64,000 bases of DNA from Octopus vulgaris (lineage: Eukaryota), in NCBI GenBank assembly GCA_951406725.2, contig OX597820.1, positions 96,720,001 through 96,784,000 of the forward strand, given 5' to 3'. Position numbers and translations under genes: made by a program. Of the stretch, positions 26,872-40,180 are shown piece by piece. Below the pieces are notes generated by a model that was not told where the DNA came from, made no database searches, and saw only the letters and a program-made list of their open reading frames with translations. Positions within the stretch are counted from its first letter, which is position 1, and each line of letters opens with the position of its first letter.

Positions 26872-27095
26872 CTTGGTATCATAAAAACATTCAGACAAAT
26901 ACATAGCAAAAACATCAGGACTTACAAGTATATATAACATACAGAAAATAGCACTACAAGGCACCGTACACATCCTATGTAAAGCACTTTCAATACAATA
27001 AAAATAAGAGCATCACAACGAACAACAGCGCATACCCAAGGCACACAGAGCTGCGCTCGGTATTGCAGTGAAAGTACGTGATAAAAGTAAGACTA

Positions 27096-27100
<5 letters not shown>
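26872..27100 (+). mobile_element. Dong/R4-like family B, 3' fragment
   Basis: Homologous to about 31350-31578 and followed by (TAA)n. Confidence 0.85.
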
Positions 27101-27166
<66 letters not shown>

Positions 27167-27167
<1 letters not shown>

Positions 27168-27686
27168 TTCTGATCTTAACTGATTGGAAGTGTTATCATG
27201 TACATTGTTTTGTCTTGGTATAAAAGATGGGCTACAGCAAATATTCTGCTCCATACCACAGATTTGCTTGTCAGTTGTTTGACCTTAACCAGTTGAGCAT
27301 GTCCCTTAGTGGCTGACGATATGTGCATCTCTGATCACGAGCAGAAGTAGTGGGGGAGCATCATAGCCATATGTTGAGAGGGATTCTTTGGGGTTTGAAT
27401 AGTTCACCTCTGGAAACATGGGTGGTTCTTTCAACATCCTTAAACAACCCTTATTCAGGGACCGTTTGAGCGGGATTGGCTACTCAACCTGAAGAAAATT
27501 CTAACTGGGCCCCACCTGCAAGGTCATGTGCTGTTTATCTTGATATGAGATCACCATGTCGCGCACATATGGTTGTGATGCATGTGCCTGGTGTACCTTT
27601 ATCAGACGGGTAGTCATGATGGGTATATTGGGCTTCGTATATTTTACCCCAGTGTCACTTTGATGGCATGAACTGCTCTCTCACTC
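27167..27686 (+). mobile_element. 520-bp non-coding insertion within (TAA)n, probably a Dong-type 3'UTR or Dong-mobilised element
   Basis: Bounded on both sides by (TAA)n; no ORF. Strand is inferred from the neighbours. Confidence 0.55.
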
Positions 27687-27765
<79 letters not shown>

Positions 27766-27768
27766 TTG

Positions 27769-27829
<61 letters not shown>

Positions 27830-27830
<1 letters not shown>

Positions 27831-30690
27831 CCTCAACCTCACAAACCTCAACCACCTATACTATGCATCCGCGAAAATCTCAACGATCCTATGTGGTGTA
27901 AAGATTAGAAAACGGCAACAGTCCCACAAAAAGCCTTCTTGGCAAGAGCGTCTGCAACAACAAATTAAAATATTTAGATCTGACATTGAATATTTGAAAA
28001 ACCTTAAGGCTCACAAGATTACCAAACCTACAAAAACCCAAAAATTACTGAAAAAATACAATATGAAAACTATACTTGATATTGATGCCACCATAGAAAC
28101 CATCAAACAAAAGGTATCTGCCAAAGCTGCCCGCATAGCGAGGTATGAAAAGCGTGTTAGATTTTTCAAGGACAACAACATGTTCAAAAATAACACCAAG
28201 AATTTTTACAGGAAGATAGGAAAAACAGCGTTTACTGCAGGGTCTGTACCATCAAAAGAAGAAGTGCAGAGATTTTGGAATAAAATCTGGGCAGAAGAAA
28301 AAACACACAACGAAAAGGCCCCCTGGATTGACAGAATATCTACAGAACTGGACCCCTTAGAAGAGCAAAAGTGGGAGGGTGTCAAGGTAGAAGATATAAG
28401 ATCTGCTCTCAGGAGGTCAAGCAAATGGAAGTCTCCAGGAAAGGATAAAATTCCTAACTTCTGGCTGAATGCCTTCCCAGAGAGCCATGAACTGCTAACA
28501 GAACTGTACAATGATGTTTTGCAACACCCTAGTAGGATGCCTCCTTGGCTAGTTAATGGGTTAACATTCCTGCTTCCAAAAAGTGAAGAAACAAATGAAC
28601 CAAAAAACTATAGACCCATAACCTGCTTAACAACTATGTACAAAACACTAACATCTGTCCTGACGGAATATACCTATAGTTTTTTAACAGACAGCAGCAT
28701 ATTCCCTAATGAACAGAAAGGATGTAAACGTGGATCCTACGGCTGTAAAGACCAACTACTCATCAATAAGATGATCTTAGAAGATTGTCACAAACGACAC
28801 AAAAACTTATCAATAGCCTGGATAGACTATAAAAAGGCTTTTGATAGCCTACCACATAGCTGGATTAGGAAATGCCTTGAAATGTATAAGATAGCACCAA
28901 CTCTGCGAAACTTCTTGACTGTAAGTATGAGATCATGGAGAACCACACTAACTCTGAACAGTGACAGTGAATCCCTAAATGCTGGTGATGTAAAAATTTC
29001 GTGTGGCATTTTCCAGGGTGACTCACTGTCACCACTCCTCTTTTGTTTATCCTTAATACCTCTCTCAAAGCTGCTCAATGACGCGCAGTACGGGTATAAA
29101 ATGTTTGATAAAAATATAAATCATCTCGTTTACATGGATGATTTAAAGCTTTTTGCAAAAAATGATCAACAACTCAAGGGCTTACTAGCGATAGTCAAAC
29201 AATTCAGTGACGACATCAGAATGCAATTCGGCCTCGATAAATGTGCAAAGGCTACCTTTATCAAAGGAAAAATGACAGAAACATCTAACGTTAACCTTGA
29301 CCAACAGAATGTCATAAAAGAACTAGACCCAGCGGAGAGCTACAAGTACCTAGGGATAATTGAAGGGAACGGAATAAGGCATTCAGAGATGAAGGAAAGG
29401 ATCAGGAGAGAATGCTATCGAAGAGTGAGAGCAATACTCAAGACAGAGCTGAATGCAAGAAACAGGATCGAAGCAATCAATGCATTAGCTATACCAGTCG
29501 TGACTTACAGTTTCAATATTGTTAACTGGTCAATTACTGAAATATGTCAGCTCGACAGAAAAATAAGGAAACTGTTGACAATGCATAGAATGCACCACCC
29601 TAAGGCAGATACAGAACGACTATATCTGCCAAGAAAAGAGGGAGGCCGTGGTCTTTTGCAACTGGCAATAACAATGAAGATTGCTACAATTGGCCTAGAC
29701 ACCTACCTGAAAAACTCTGAGGACTGGATGCTAAAACTTGTCTCAAAACATGAAAACAAGAAAGCATCATACTCAGTCACAAAACAGGCAAAGGAATATC
29801 TAAGTGAACTCCGAATACAACCAATTTCGGAATTAGAGATAGATATACAAGAAACAAGCACAGAAAAAGCTAGGCGCATGAAAACCCGTGCCAAAACTGC
29901 GGCCTTAGATATTCTGAATAATAAATGGCAAGAAAAACCTCTCTATGGCAAATACCCAAAGAGAGCGAATAATGCAGATATCGACAAAGCCCTGACCCAT
30001 CAATGGCTAATGGCCTCTGGCTTAAAATCTGAAACAGAGGGGTTTATCATAGCAGCTCAAGATCAATGCCTACCAACAAGAAACTACCAGGCCAACATAT
30101 TAAAGATCAGAAGCAGTCCAACGTGTCGTGTATGCAAGCAACAAAATGAAACCATTGACCATGTGGTCTCCAAGTGCAGTCTTCTAGCGCCTACAGAGTA
30201 TCTCAACAGGCACGATAGAGCTGCACAATATATTCACTGGGTAATCTGTAAAAACCTGGATTTGCCCCATGAAAAAAACTGGTGGGAACACAAACCACCC
30301 CCAGTGCTTGAAAATGACCACATCTCACTCCTCTGGAACTTCACCATTCAAACTGACAGGAAGATAGATGCAAATAGGCCAGACATCATATTGAAAAACT
30401 TCAAACAAAGAACATGCCTCCTCATTGATATGACTGTCCCAATCGATATAAACGTATCTGTCAAGACCTACCAAAAACTGAGCAAATATAAAGATCTTGA
30501 AATAGAAATCAGCAAAATGTGGAAGCTGAAGACTAAAACAATACCTGTTGTCATAGGTGCCCTGGGAATGATAGCAAAAGGGGCTGATAGCTACCTAACT
30601 CAGATACCAGGAAACCCAAAAATGGCAGAAGTTCAAAAGATAGTGCTCATGGGAACTGCTCATATCCTACGCAAAATACTCTCTATGTAA
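27830..30690 (+). CDS. R4/Dong-clade non-LTR retrotransposon ORF (reverse transcriptase, CCHC, restriction-like endonuclease), 5'-truncated
   Basis: Uninterrupted frame with KSPGKD, NYRPITCL, WIDYKKAFDS, GIFQGDSLSP, YMDD (29131), YKYLG, CRVC..HVVSKC, RHD, RPDII, LIDMTVP, KLSKY. The poly-Ile N-terminus is (TAA)n read-through. 3'UTR runs to about 30911. Confidence 0.96.
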
Positions 30691-30910
30691 TCTCAAGGTT
30701 TAAAACAAACATAATTTTCGGTTTAAAAAAAAAAAAAAAAAAAAAAAACTTTTTTTTTTTTAGACATTCATTAGTACAATATCCCCACCCCCCAAATATA
30801 TGGCACACTAGGCATAACAACAACATGAACTTCCAACCCTGTTGTCTCTTGAGGTCTCTGGGTGAGACTTGGAGCCAACTTGTACAAATATAAAGCAAAA
30901 GTCAAACATA

Positions 30911-30960
<50 letters not shown>

Positions 30961-31574
30961 GCTGCCCAGTCCTGGCTAAGAAGGAATATATTCACAGACA
31001 TGACAGAGTTGGAACCTACATACATTGGAAGCTATGCCAACATTATGGAATAACAACAGAAAAAAGATAGTATAGGCACACACCAGAAAAGGTCACAGAA
31101 AACGAGAAAGCAACCACACTCTGGGATATGCCGATACACACAGATAGAGAAATTAAGGCCAACAGACCAGATATAGTTGTCAGAGATCATGAAGAAAAAA
31201 ATGCTTTCTAATTGATGTATCAATACCGGCAGATGACAACGTGTCTCTAAAAGAAATGAAGAAACTCTCAAAATACAAAGACCTGGAAATAGAGGTAACC
31301 AGAATGTGGAATCTAAAAACAGAAACAATTCCAATCATAGTAGGTGCATTAGGTATGATAAAAAAATATTCAGACAAATACATAACAAAAACACCAGGAC
31401 TTACAAACACATATAACATACAGAAAAGTGCACTACTAGGCACTGCACACATCCTACGCAGAACACTTTCCATACAATAACCATCAGAGCATCACAACAA
31501 ATCACAGCACATACCTAAGGCACACAGAGCTGCGCTCGGTAGTGAAGTGAAAGCACGCTATAAAAATAAAACTA

Positions 31575-31578
<4 letters not shown>
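30961..31578 (+). mobile_element. Dong/R4-like family B, 3' fragment (endonuclease region)
   Basis: CPVLAKKEYIHRHDRVG...ANRPDIVV...LIDVSIP...KLSKYKDLEIEV...GTAHILRR, with a stop and a frameshift. Flanked by (TAA)n. Confidence 0.92.
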
Positions 31579-31606
<28 letters not shown>

Positions 31607-32120
31607 GTTCAGCTCACTACTTCTCTTCATCTGATACCAACCCCACACGGATTCCCACTCACCTTCCACATTCAACTGCCCTCCTCCATTTGCGCACTTG
31701 TTGCATACCGCCTACCTTGGTACTCTCACAACACACACCACTATACAAACACCCATACACACTGTTCAGCTCATTACTCACTTCACACATCATTACACAG
31801 ATCCACAAACACCTTCCCACTCCAAACACAGTAGCACCGAACATTTCTTAGCACCCACGTCACACCCTTATCCACAAAATCCACACACCCTCACACACCA
31901 CAATGTCTAACTCAGTACATACACCACACACCATCATGTACACAAGCCCATGATGCCTGAACACAGACAATATATAATATATGCACACACACACACGCAA
32001 CACGCATGCACACAGATAACTTTCACCCACAAACATACACTATACACATGCACAGTATTTTGTCACAGACACACAGAGACACACACATACACACCACCTG
32101 AACAAACTGTTAAACTGTTA

Positions 32121-32141
32121 TCTATATATATATAAAAGAGA

Positions 32142-32206
<65 letters not shown>

Positions 32207-32479
32207 TGCGCGCGTGTGCGTATGTTCCTTATGCATTCGAAAACTGAGTTGCTGATTTTGACGTATGGGGTATCAAAAGATTCAGTAATTTTTCGGCTAC
32301 CAAATAAACTTTACTTTCATTTACATATTTTCTACGTTATCTCAACAACCAACTATAGTTAATTGAAAGACACTGCTGTACAACGACCAGGTTTCATTAC
32401 ATAGTGTTGCATTACGGAGAAAGTAATGTTTCTCCGAATTAGTCACATCTGTACTATAATAAAGAAAGTTGCTTATCAT

Positions 32480-32576
<97 letters not shown>

Positions 32577-33341
32577 AAGGCTGCCAAATAAGCTATGATT
32601 TTGGCACAACAACTCTCTTTACTACTAAAATAACCTCGGAAACGAGCTCGGGTCGCACAATTTTGAAGTCATTTTCGTGCAATATTTCAATTTGCTTCTA
32701 TTTCATTTTCGTCCGATGTTTCACGCATGCGTAGAATTCTGCTCAGACAAACATTTATGAAAATGTACACATAAGTATTGTATTAAAATAAACCACAACC
32801 AAAAAAATTTCATTAAAAACATCCATTTCTCTGTGTTATGAGGAAATACAGGCATTCACACTCTCTCTCACATGCACATACACATGCACACATACATACA
32901 AAAAACATGCATATGTGTGTGTGTCTGTGTGAAAGAGAGAGAGAGTGAGAAAGTGAGTGTCACTTACACATAGATGCAAAATATCTTCACTACCTCCCTC
33001 TTCCTCTCTCTCTCTCACGCACACACGCACACACACAAACACACACACACACGTCCATTTCATATACACGTACATACATCTTTCACCTCCTCTCTTTCAT
33101 TTTCTGCTTTCACTTCAAAGCAAATGTCGCCTTTTCACTTTCTCCTCTCTTTCAATTTCTCCTCTCTTCAAAGCATAGAGAAATAAAAAAATTTTACAGA
33201 AATTAACGAACAATCATATACCATATGATTGGCCTTTTGATCGTGATGGTAACTTTGCTACTTCAAACGAAAGCTTACGCAGAGCAGGTTTTACAGCCAC
33301 ATCATCCAAACCGACCGGGTGAAACCGGGCTTAGCTGCTTG
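32121..33341 (+). mobile_element. Non-autonomous Helitron-like element
   Basis: 5' TCTATATATATATAAAAG. 3' CCGGGTGAAACCGGG hairpin followed by CTTGT. Confidence 0.5.
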
Positions 33342-33819
33342 TTGGCATATAAATATGGAATAAGTGCATTGAAGCTATAGTCGTGTCATCACCTAAGCCC
33401 TTCATCGGGACGGACTGCCCATCTATGTATGCATGGTTCACATTATTGCATCAATTTGTCGCCGAAAGCTTGAAACAACGATAAGGGATTTATCATGGAT
33501 TTTATTCTTTCTTTTTATTCTCGCTTTTATAATCTCTGAATTTCTACCAATTTGTGAAGGAACACTGTGGACGACCTTTCTTTTTTTGCTTAATTTTATA
33601 TTATATTTGTGTAACTTATATATACATGATTTGATGCCTTAAACAACTAAATACGTGTCCATCTCTTATTTAACCTGTATCTACCTTTGCAGAAACGGTA
33701 CGTTTCCCATAGCCAACTCTTCCTCAGCTGGATAATGTCTCCCATGATTAGGATGTTTGTGAGATTTTAGAAAACTGATCAGGTTTGAGCATAAATCCTC
33801 TCTCCTATCTCCACATATA

Positions 33820-34500
33820 TACAGGATGCGTAAGGTGTTTGAGGACATATCTTTTTGGGGTCATTGCTGCATTTTTTGCTAACTCTGTATAATCTTTGTT
33901 CCAGAAAATAATAGCACACTCTCAGCTTACCCAAGAAGTGAAGAGGCATGTTGTTATTGTGGTTATAAAGGTTGAGCATAGTGATTTAGAAATATCTCGA
34001 GTTTTAAAAGTAGCCAGATCTTTCGTCTACAAAGTTTGTAAGGAGCTAGAGAGTGAAGCTGGAAACGTATCACCAGTATCAAAGCATAAAAAGCATTCTA
34101 AACCCTCTAAAATCATCAGAACACCTGAATTTATCCGGCGAGTTCAACAAAGCATTGATTACAATCCCAGAAAGTCTATGAGGCCAATTGCAAAAGATCT
34201 CCATGTGTCAGAAGGAACAGTCAGAAATGTTGTCCTCGATGACATCAGATATAATAAGTCTTATATGATGAGGAAAGGTCAATTTGTCAGAAAAAACAAA
34301 AGAAAATCATTACATCCGATCTAAAAAGCCCTTAAACAAACTGAAAAATCTAGCAGAAGATTTGATTTGGTTTCTCTCAAACGAGAAAAACTTCGACCAA
34401 GATCAAAAAGTTAACAGAAGAAATGACAGATGGTTATATGCAGATTATTCTGAAGTTTCAAGTGTTATGCATATAAAATTTCCTGCACAATGGAAGACCA
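33820..34500 (+). mobile_element. Tc1/mariner maT (DD37D)-like transposase remnant
   Basis: RTPEFI...NPRKSMR.IAKDLHVSEGTVRNVV..DIRY and WFLSNEKNFDQDQKVNRRNDRW. Confidence 0.8.
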
Positions 34501-34745
34501 TGTGTTTCAGTAAGACTCAGCACCCCCCCCCCCCCCCACCACCACCACACACACACGCACACACATGCACACACATGATCACACGCACATTATGTGGTAA
34601 TTCTTCAACAAGTAGAAACGTACTCGATCAGCTAAGAGAGTAAAGATAATCTTTAAACAAAAGCCCACAAATCTTGATCCCCATATATGTCGAGTTGACA
34701 ACTTTGCTTCTTCGAACGAAAGAATGCCATAAAATAACTTCTTTT

Positions 34746-34809
<64 letters not shown>

Positions 34810-35133
34810 CACACACACACATGCACACACACACACATATACACACACTCTAGGTAAAACTTTTGTGCGAATTATGTTATTTCTTGCGGTGTGCACGAGC
34901 AAATTTAAAGCTCAAATCCAATTGAAATGATGTTTTTCTATTGTGTAATTTGTGTTTGTGATGAGCGTATTTAAAAACCTGGTCTTGGATATAAACTTAA
35001 AAGAAAGTTTTCCCAGAAATCTTGTCCTTTACCTCTTCTTTCTAGCATGCCCGGGGTGACATTTCCGCCCCCTCACCTTATTTTCTTCCTAAATTTTTTC
35101 CAATTCCCATGTTTGCGATACTGGACATTTCAT

Positions 35134-35232
35134 CCATAAAACACGTTCTCAATATTTTAATTTTCACCCATAAAACACGTTCTCAATATTTTAATTTTCA
35201 CCCATAAAACACGTTCTCAATATTTTAATTTT
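35134..35232. repeat. 3 x 34-bp tandem repeat
   Basis: CCATAAAACACGTTCTCAATATTTTAATTTTCAC repeated. Confidence 0.9.
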
Positions 35233-35906
35233 CTCCGTCTCCACACCAAATTCATTTTTTATTTTTTTCAAATATTTTTTCTTGGTTATCTATCGAGAAA
35301 AAAAGAAAAAGTACGAATCTTTAAGAATTTTACCCATCACCTCACCACTTCCAAAAAGCTAAACACTTCCAATGTTTCACTTTTAACTTTTTGGAAAGTA
35401 AGGTAGTTTCTTCAGAAATAATGTCATTTACCTGTTGTTTCTAGCATGTCGCGTTTTCTGGTGGTGGTCTGGTATTTTTAACTTTGCTATTTCAGTAGAA
35501 TTCTAAGCATGCGGGAAACATCAGACAAAAGTGAGCGCGAGTAGGTGACGGGTGGGCGACGTGGGGGAAGGTATATTGAGTGTTTCTTTAAGAAAAATTA
35601 AACCATAAAACATGTGTGAATTTCCCGGATTCGTAATCTCTGTATTTTTTTTACGTAGATGAAGAAAATCGAAAAAAAGTTACAAATTAAGAAATTGCGG
35701 TGAGAATGGTGGGTGGGTGAGGGGAAATTAAAATTTTGAAAACGTGATTTCTGGACAAAATCGTATTAATCCTCTTTTATACGATTAAAGAATACATAGT
35801 TTGTGATCCTTCTTAAGAACAGAAAGCAATTTCATACAAACCCATGCAAGTTGTATCCTCGGCCTTCACTATTGAACAAAAAATAACTTCCATTATGCCA
35901 TTAACA

Positions 35907-35984
35907 TAGCAATGCATCCCGGCGTTGCCCGGGTGCCGATTCTGCCTGTAGGTCATAACACCCGGGCAACGCCGGGATGCATTG

Positions 35985-35988
<4 letters not shown>
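35907..35988. repeat. Perfect 29-bp inverted repeat of a Helitron-like 3' terminus
   Basis: 35907-35935 is the reverse complement of 35959-35987 (CACCCGGGCAACGCCGGGATGCATTGCTA, followed by GT). Confidence 0.85.
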
Positions 35989-36032
<44 letters not shown>

Positions 36033-36037
36033 AATGT

Positions 36038-36249
36038 ATGTGACCACGTGTGTATCGTTGGTGATTGTTTTCTTTTGTCTTCCCTTCCTTGGATCTTTCC
36101 TTTTCCTATGTTTCTGACGAAGAGCTCCGCTCGAAACGTTAAATCCTCCTTCTTTCTTTCCTTTCCTGAGCATCTAATAACACTATACTTATTCCACGTC
36201 CTCGCGTTGTTGTGTTTTCTCTTTGTGCTTTCATGTTTGGATTAACTAT
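36038..36249 (+). mobile_element. Short hammerhead-containing element, family A (Penelope pLTR/retrozyme-like)
   Basis: About 210 bp, same boundaries as 40804-41012, lying between microsatellites. Confidence 0.8.
36111..36143 (+). ncRNA. Minimal type I hammerhead ribozyme motif
   Basis: TTT CTGACGA A GAGC TCC GCTC GAAAC GTT AAA: CUGANGA box, stem II, GAAA box, palindromic ACGT stem III, short stem I. Confidence 0.7.
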
Positions 36250-36306
36250 GTATGTATGTATGTATGTATGTATGTATGTATGTATGTATGCATGCATGTG
36301 TGTATA

Positions 36307-38891
36307 CAGGAATGCCATTGATGGGTTTTTTCCATCCAGATCTGGGTTTTTAAGTTAGTTTTGGCAGCAAACTTATCTTTTAAAGAGAATTCGGTGTCAT
36401 ACTCTTTGTATGCAATATATACCAAAGTTGCACCTCTTCTAATAGTTTGTAAACTTGCTATATATTATCCATAATCATCTCACGTACTGAATTTATCGAT
36501 GCAAATGTTGTATGTGACGTAATTACTGATCGTATGCGTTTATTATTTGTTTATACTTGTATCATACAGGGCAACTACAAGTTACAACGCGTAAGTAGCC
36601 GCTTGTACACTTGTCTGAAACTCTAACACCACCAGCTGACAGCTTGACTGTGTTGATGTTGTACGCTTCGATTGTTACTCGAGGTTTAAAAATTGTTTAA
36701 CAACATTTTAAGTGAGTGTTTTTGTTTTGTAACCCTTTGCAAAGTAATGGGAGACAACAGTGTGCCCAAAAAGAGGAAATGATACACCGAAAATTTCAAG
36801 AAGTTGTGGTTGGAGGATGCTGAGCGTAAAGATTGGTTACGGCAAGATGATAAAATCTTGACACCTGTTACTGCGTTTGTTGTAAAGTTGTGTTGAAAAA
36901 TGCTAACAAATCAATGCTGTTAGCTCATAAAAAAACTACCAAATACAAGAAAGCGTTTGTTTGTGTGAAATCTGCTATTAAAAGTAGCTAAGGCAGACTT
37001 GCTACTAACAGGTTATGTTGTTGAACATTACGTACCTTTCATCCATATAAATCACTTAACTGAAATTTGTAAAAAGGCCTTTCTCGATAGTGAAGTAGCT
37101 AAAAATCTACAAATGAAAAAAAAATTAACATACATTATGCAAGACGGAATTGCACATTATGAACAAAATGAAGTCTCGGACATTCTCAAGAAACAAAAGT
37201 TTTCATTATTGATAGATGAGAGTACGGACATCTCACTGACACAAATCTTAGCAATAGTTGTTCGCTTTTTTATGAACAATTTCTTAATGCCAAGGATGTT
37301 CTTCTGGATGCAGTTCTAGTAGAAAATGGTTCGTCTCAGGGTTTGTACGATGCTGTCAAGTCTACGTTTACAAAAGATGTATCTATGAACAACATACTTG
37401 GATTTGCCAGCGATAATTACTCAACAATGATGGGTAACAAGAGCAGGGTTCAAAAGTTATTGAGAAACGATATTCCGACTGTATTTACAATAGGCTGTGT
37501 TTGCAATTCGTCTGCACTTTGTTCAAGTCATGCAGCGATGGTGTTACCTTCTTATCTCGAGTTCTTTTTAAATGACTTAACTTTTTACTTTTCTCGAAGT
37601 AGCAAACGTCAAAAAGACTTCAATATGATACAAAGTGTTGTTGGCACAAAGGAAAATAAGATTCCAAAGTTTTCGCAAACTAGACAGTTGCCACGTGGAA
37701 ATTTAATTAACGTTATAATAGAACAGTACTTTATTTTCAGTCGAGAAAAAAGGATCTATGAAAATGCTGCTCTTCTTACATTATATATATTAAAGAAAGT
37801 AAATGCCCTTAATGTTGAGTTTCAATCGGAACACTTTCGACTGCATCTGTTGCATACACTCGTATCCAGTGAATATAAAAGTATCCTTAGTTGCTTTATA
37901 AAAGAGGATGTTTTATCTGTATCTAAATTGTCAGATATTGATCTTAATAATACAACAAATCATAAAGATATGAGTGATATTTACCTCGGTAGACGCGCAA
38001 TGAGATATCTAGAATAAAACCCCACCTTTGGTGACTCAGCTAAATTCAAAACTGATTTCAAAAATTTTCTTAAAGAATTATGCTTTCAAATAAAAATGCG
38101 CTTTCCTCTCGATGAAGCTGGAGTGTTTTCCATCTTTGAAATACTTGATCCAAAAGTAGCGCACGATCTCACTAACTCTCCTCAATCGATAATTCGCTTG
38201 GTATCAAACTTTCCAGCAATTGCACCAGAAAACACACTTGATGAACTAGACGATGAATGGAGATTATTTCAGCAATATAGAGATATTCCTGTTTCCTCAA
38301 AAAGCATCCCCGAATTCTGGTATTCCATACGCAATCTTAAAGACAGGCTTGACCACACTAAATTTGAGAGGCTGTCACAATTCATGACTAATTTGACGGT
38401 GTTACCTCGTTCATCATTGTGTGTGTGTGGAGCGCATATTTTCCCAAGTAAACTGCACGAAGACAAAGTTCACTAACAGGTTGAAGGCCGAAACGATCAC
38501 CGATCGTCTTACTCGCTAAACAAGCAATTACTAAAAAAGGGAGCGTCATGCATTTCTTGGGAGCCGAACGCTAAACTTATTAAAGATGTAGTGGATGGGT
38601 CTTATCATCGTAGATATACAAGTATATTGAACTTCAAAAAGGAAGAAAATTAGTCTATCACCATTGAAGGAGTGAAGGAAGATGATATGGATGTGTACGA
38701 AATTGACAATTAGCTGCCATATGATATAAAGTAAGTATTAAATTCTGTATTCATTTTGTCATATAACATATTTTATCATTAAATTACCAATTATATATCT
38801 ATTTTCTAACATCTGGGTTTATAAAATAGGATCTGGGTTTTTTTGCAGCAAATAATGTGGGTGTTTTATAATTTGATGAGTGGCAACACAG
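36307..38891 (+). mobile_element. hAT DNA transposon, near full length, pseudogenised transposase
   Basis: Ends CAGGAATGCCA and TGGCAACACAG, TSD TGTGTATA/TATGTATA. FSLLIDESTD, GFASDN, CVC, TR(W)L-like and LPRSS..ERIF dimerisation motifs across frameshifted ORFs 36999-38476. Confidence 0.9.
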
Positions 38892-39772
38892 TATGTATAT
38901 ATGATGGACTCTTCTGTCGAAGACGACGTACGAGTGTTCAGCTTTTGCCAAACAACCTGAGCAAATGAGTTGTTTATTATGATCAAATATATGTGCCGTA
39001 CATTTTCTCACTCCCTATACCAAATTGACTCTGCCTGAACACATGTTCGGTGTACTACGGGTCGGGTGCAGAAGTGATCACAAAACAACGAGAGATGAAG
39101 TGTTTTGCTCAAGAACACAACGCACCATCCTGTCTAGAAATTGAAACCACGAACTTGCGCGATCGTGAGTGCTACACCCTAACCATTGGGCCATACATTT
39201 ATATATATATATATATATATATATATGCATGGTTGTGTGTGTGCGACTTACGTGATACTATAACATCTGGACGACTCTGACCGCTTTTTTTCCCGTCTGA
39301 GAGTGGTTTTACCCGAAATATTTTCGGCTATTATAGATTTGCTTGTAAGCTGCTTTGTAAAATTTCTCAATCCTTCAAATGTATGTAGGCGCAGTTACCT
39401 CTCCTGATGGTAGCTTCCTAAATAGCTCGCCACTAGATGGCACAACGTGTAACCCTAAGGTTCCGACACTTAGTCCTCTTTCTTTGTCATAGCCCACAGC
39501 AGTGTGTGAGGACGCATAACACACGCATAACACACGCAACAGCTAACAGACATTGAGCAGATATGAGGTAGAATATACAGAAGCTGAACATGGCCTTCAC
39601 TTGTAAGCACTTTCTATGGTTATTCAACTTGTATATATTTGTGACCTGGAGTAAAAGCATTTAAAAGTCACAGCTTGGTTCTATGAATTCATTGTACATT
39701 CTTCCTTCATCGAATGACATCTATTCTAGCCTTCTGAACGGAGTCGTCATTAGAGGGTTTCACCACGTGAGG

Positions 39773-39857
39773 CCACGACCATCTATATGTATGACATAAA
39801 AATAGGCGCTCCAGCATGGCCGCAGTCAAATTACTGAAACAAGTAAAAGAATAAAAG

Positions 39858-39935
<78 letters not shown>

Positions 39936-40059
39936 ACACACACACATATGAAGATATGTGTATTTGTGGTCCACGACCATCTCTTTGTATGACATAAAAG
40001 TAGGTGCTCCAGCATGGCCGCAGTCAAATTACTGAAACAAGTAAAAGAATAAAAGAAAA

Positions 40060-40128
<69 letters not shown>

Positions 40129-40180
40129 CATACACACACTCACACACACATATGAAGATACGTGTGAGTGTTTGCGGTCC
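39773..40180. repeat. Tandem duplication of about 197 bp containing an S2 tail and (CA)n
   Basis: CCACGACCATCT.T.TGTATGACATAAAA at 39773 and 39970. Confidence 0.9.

Noticed and set aside
27766-27829. Poly-Ile N-terminus of the 974-aa ORF as a signal or membrane segment
   Set aside because: It is translation of the (TAA)n target. There is no ATG start and the element is 5'-truncated.
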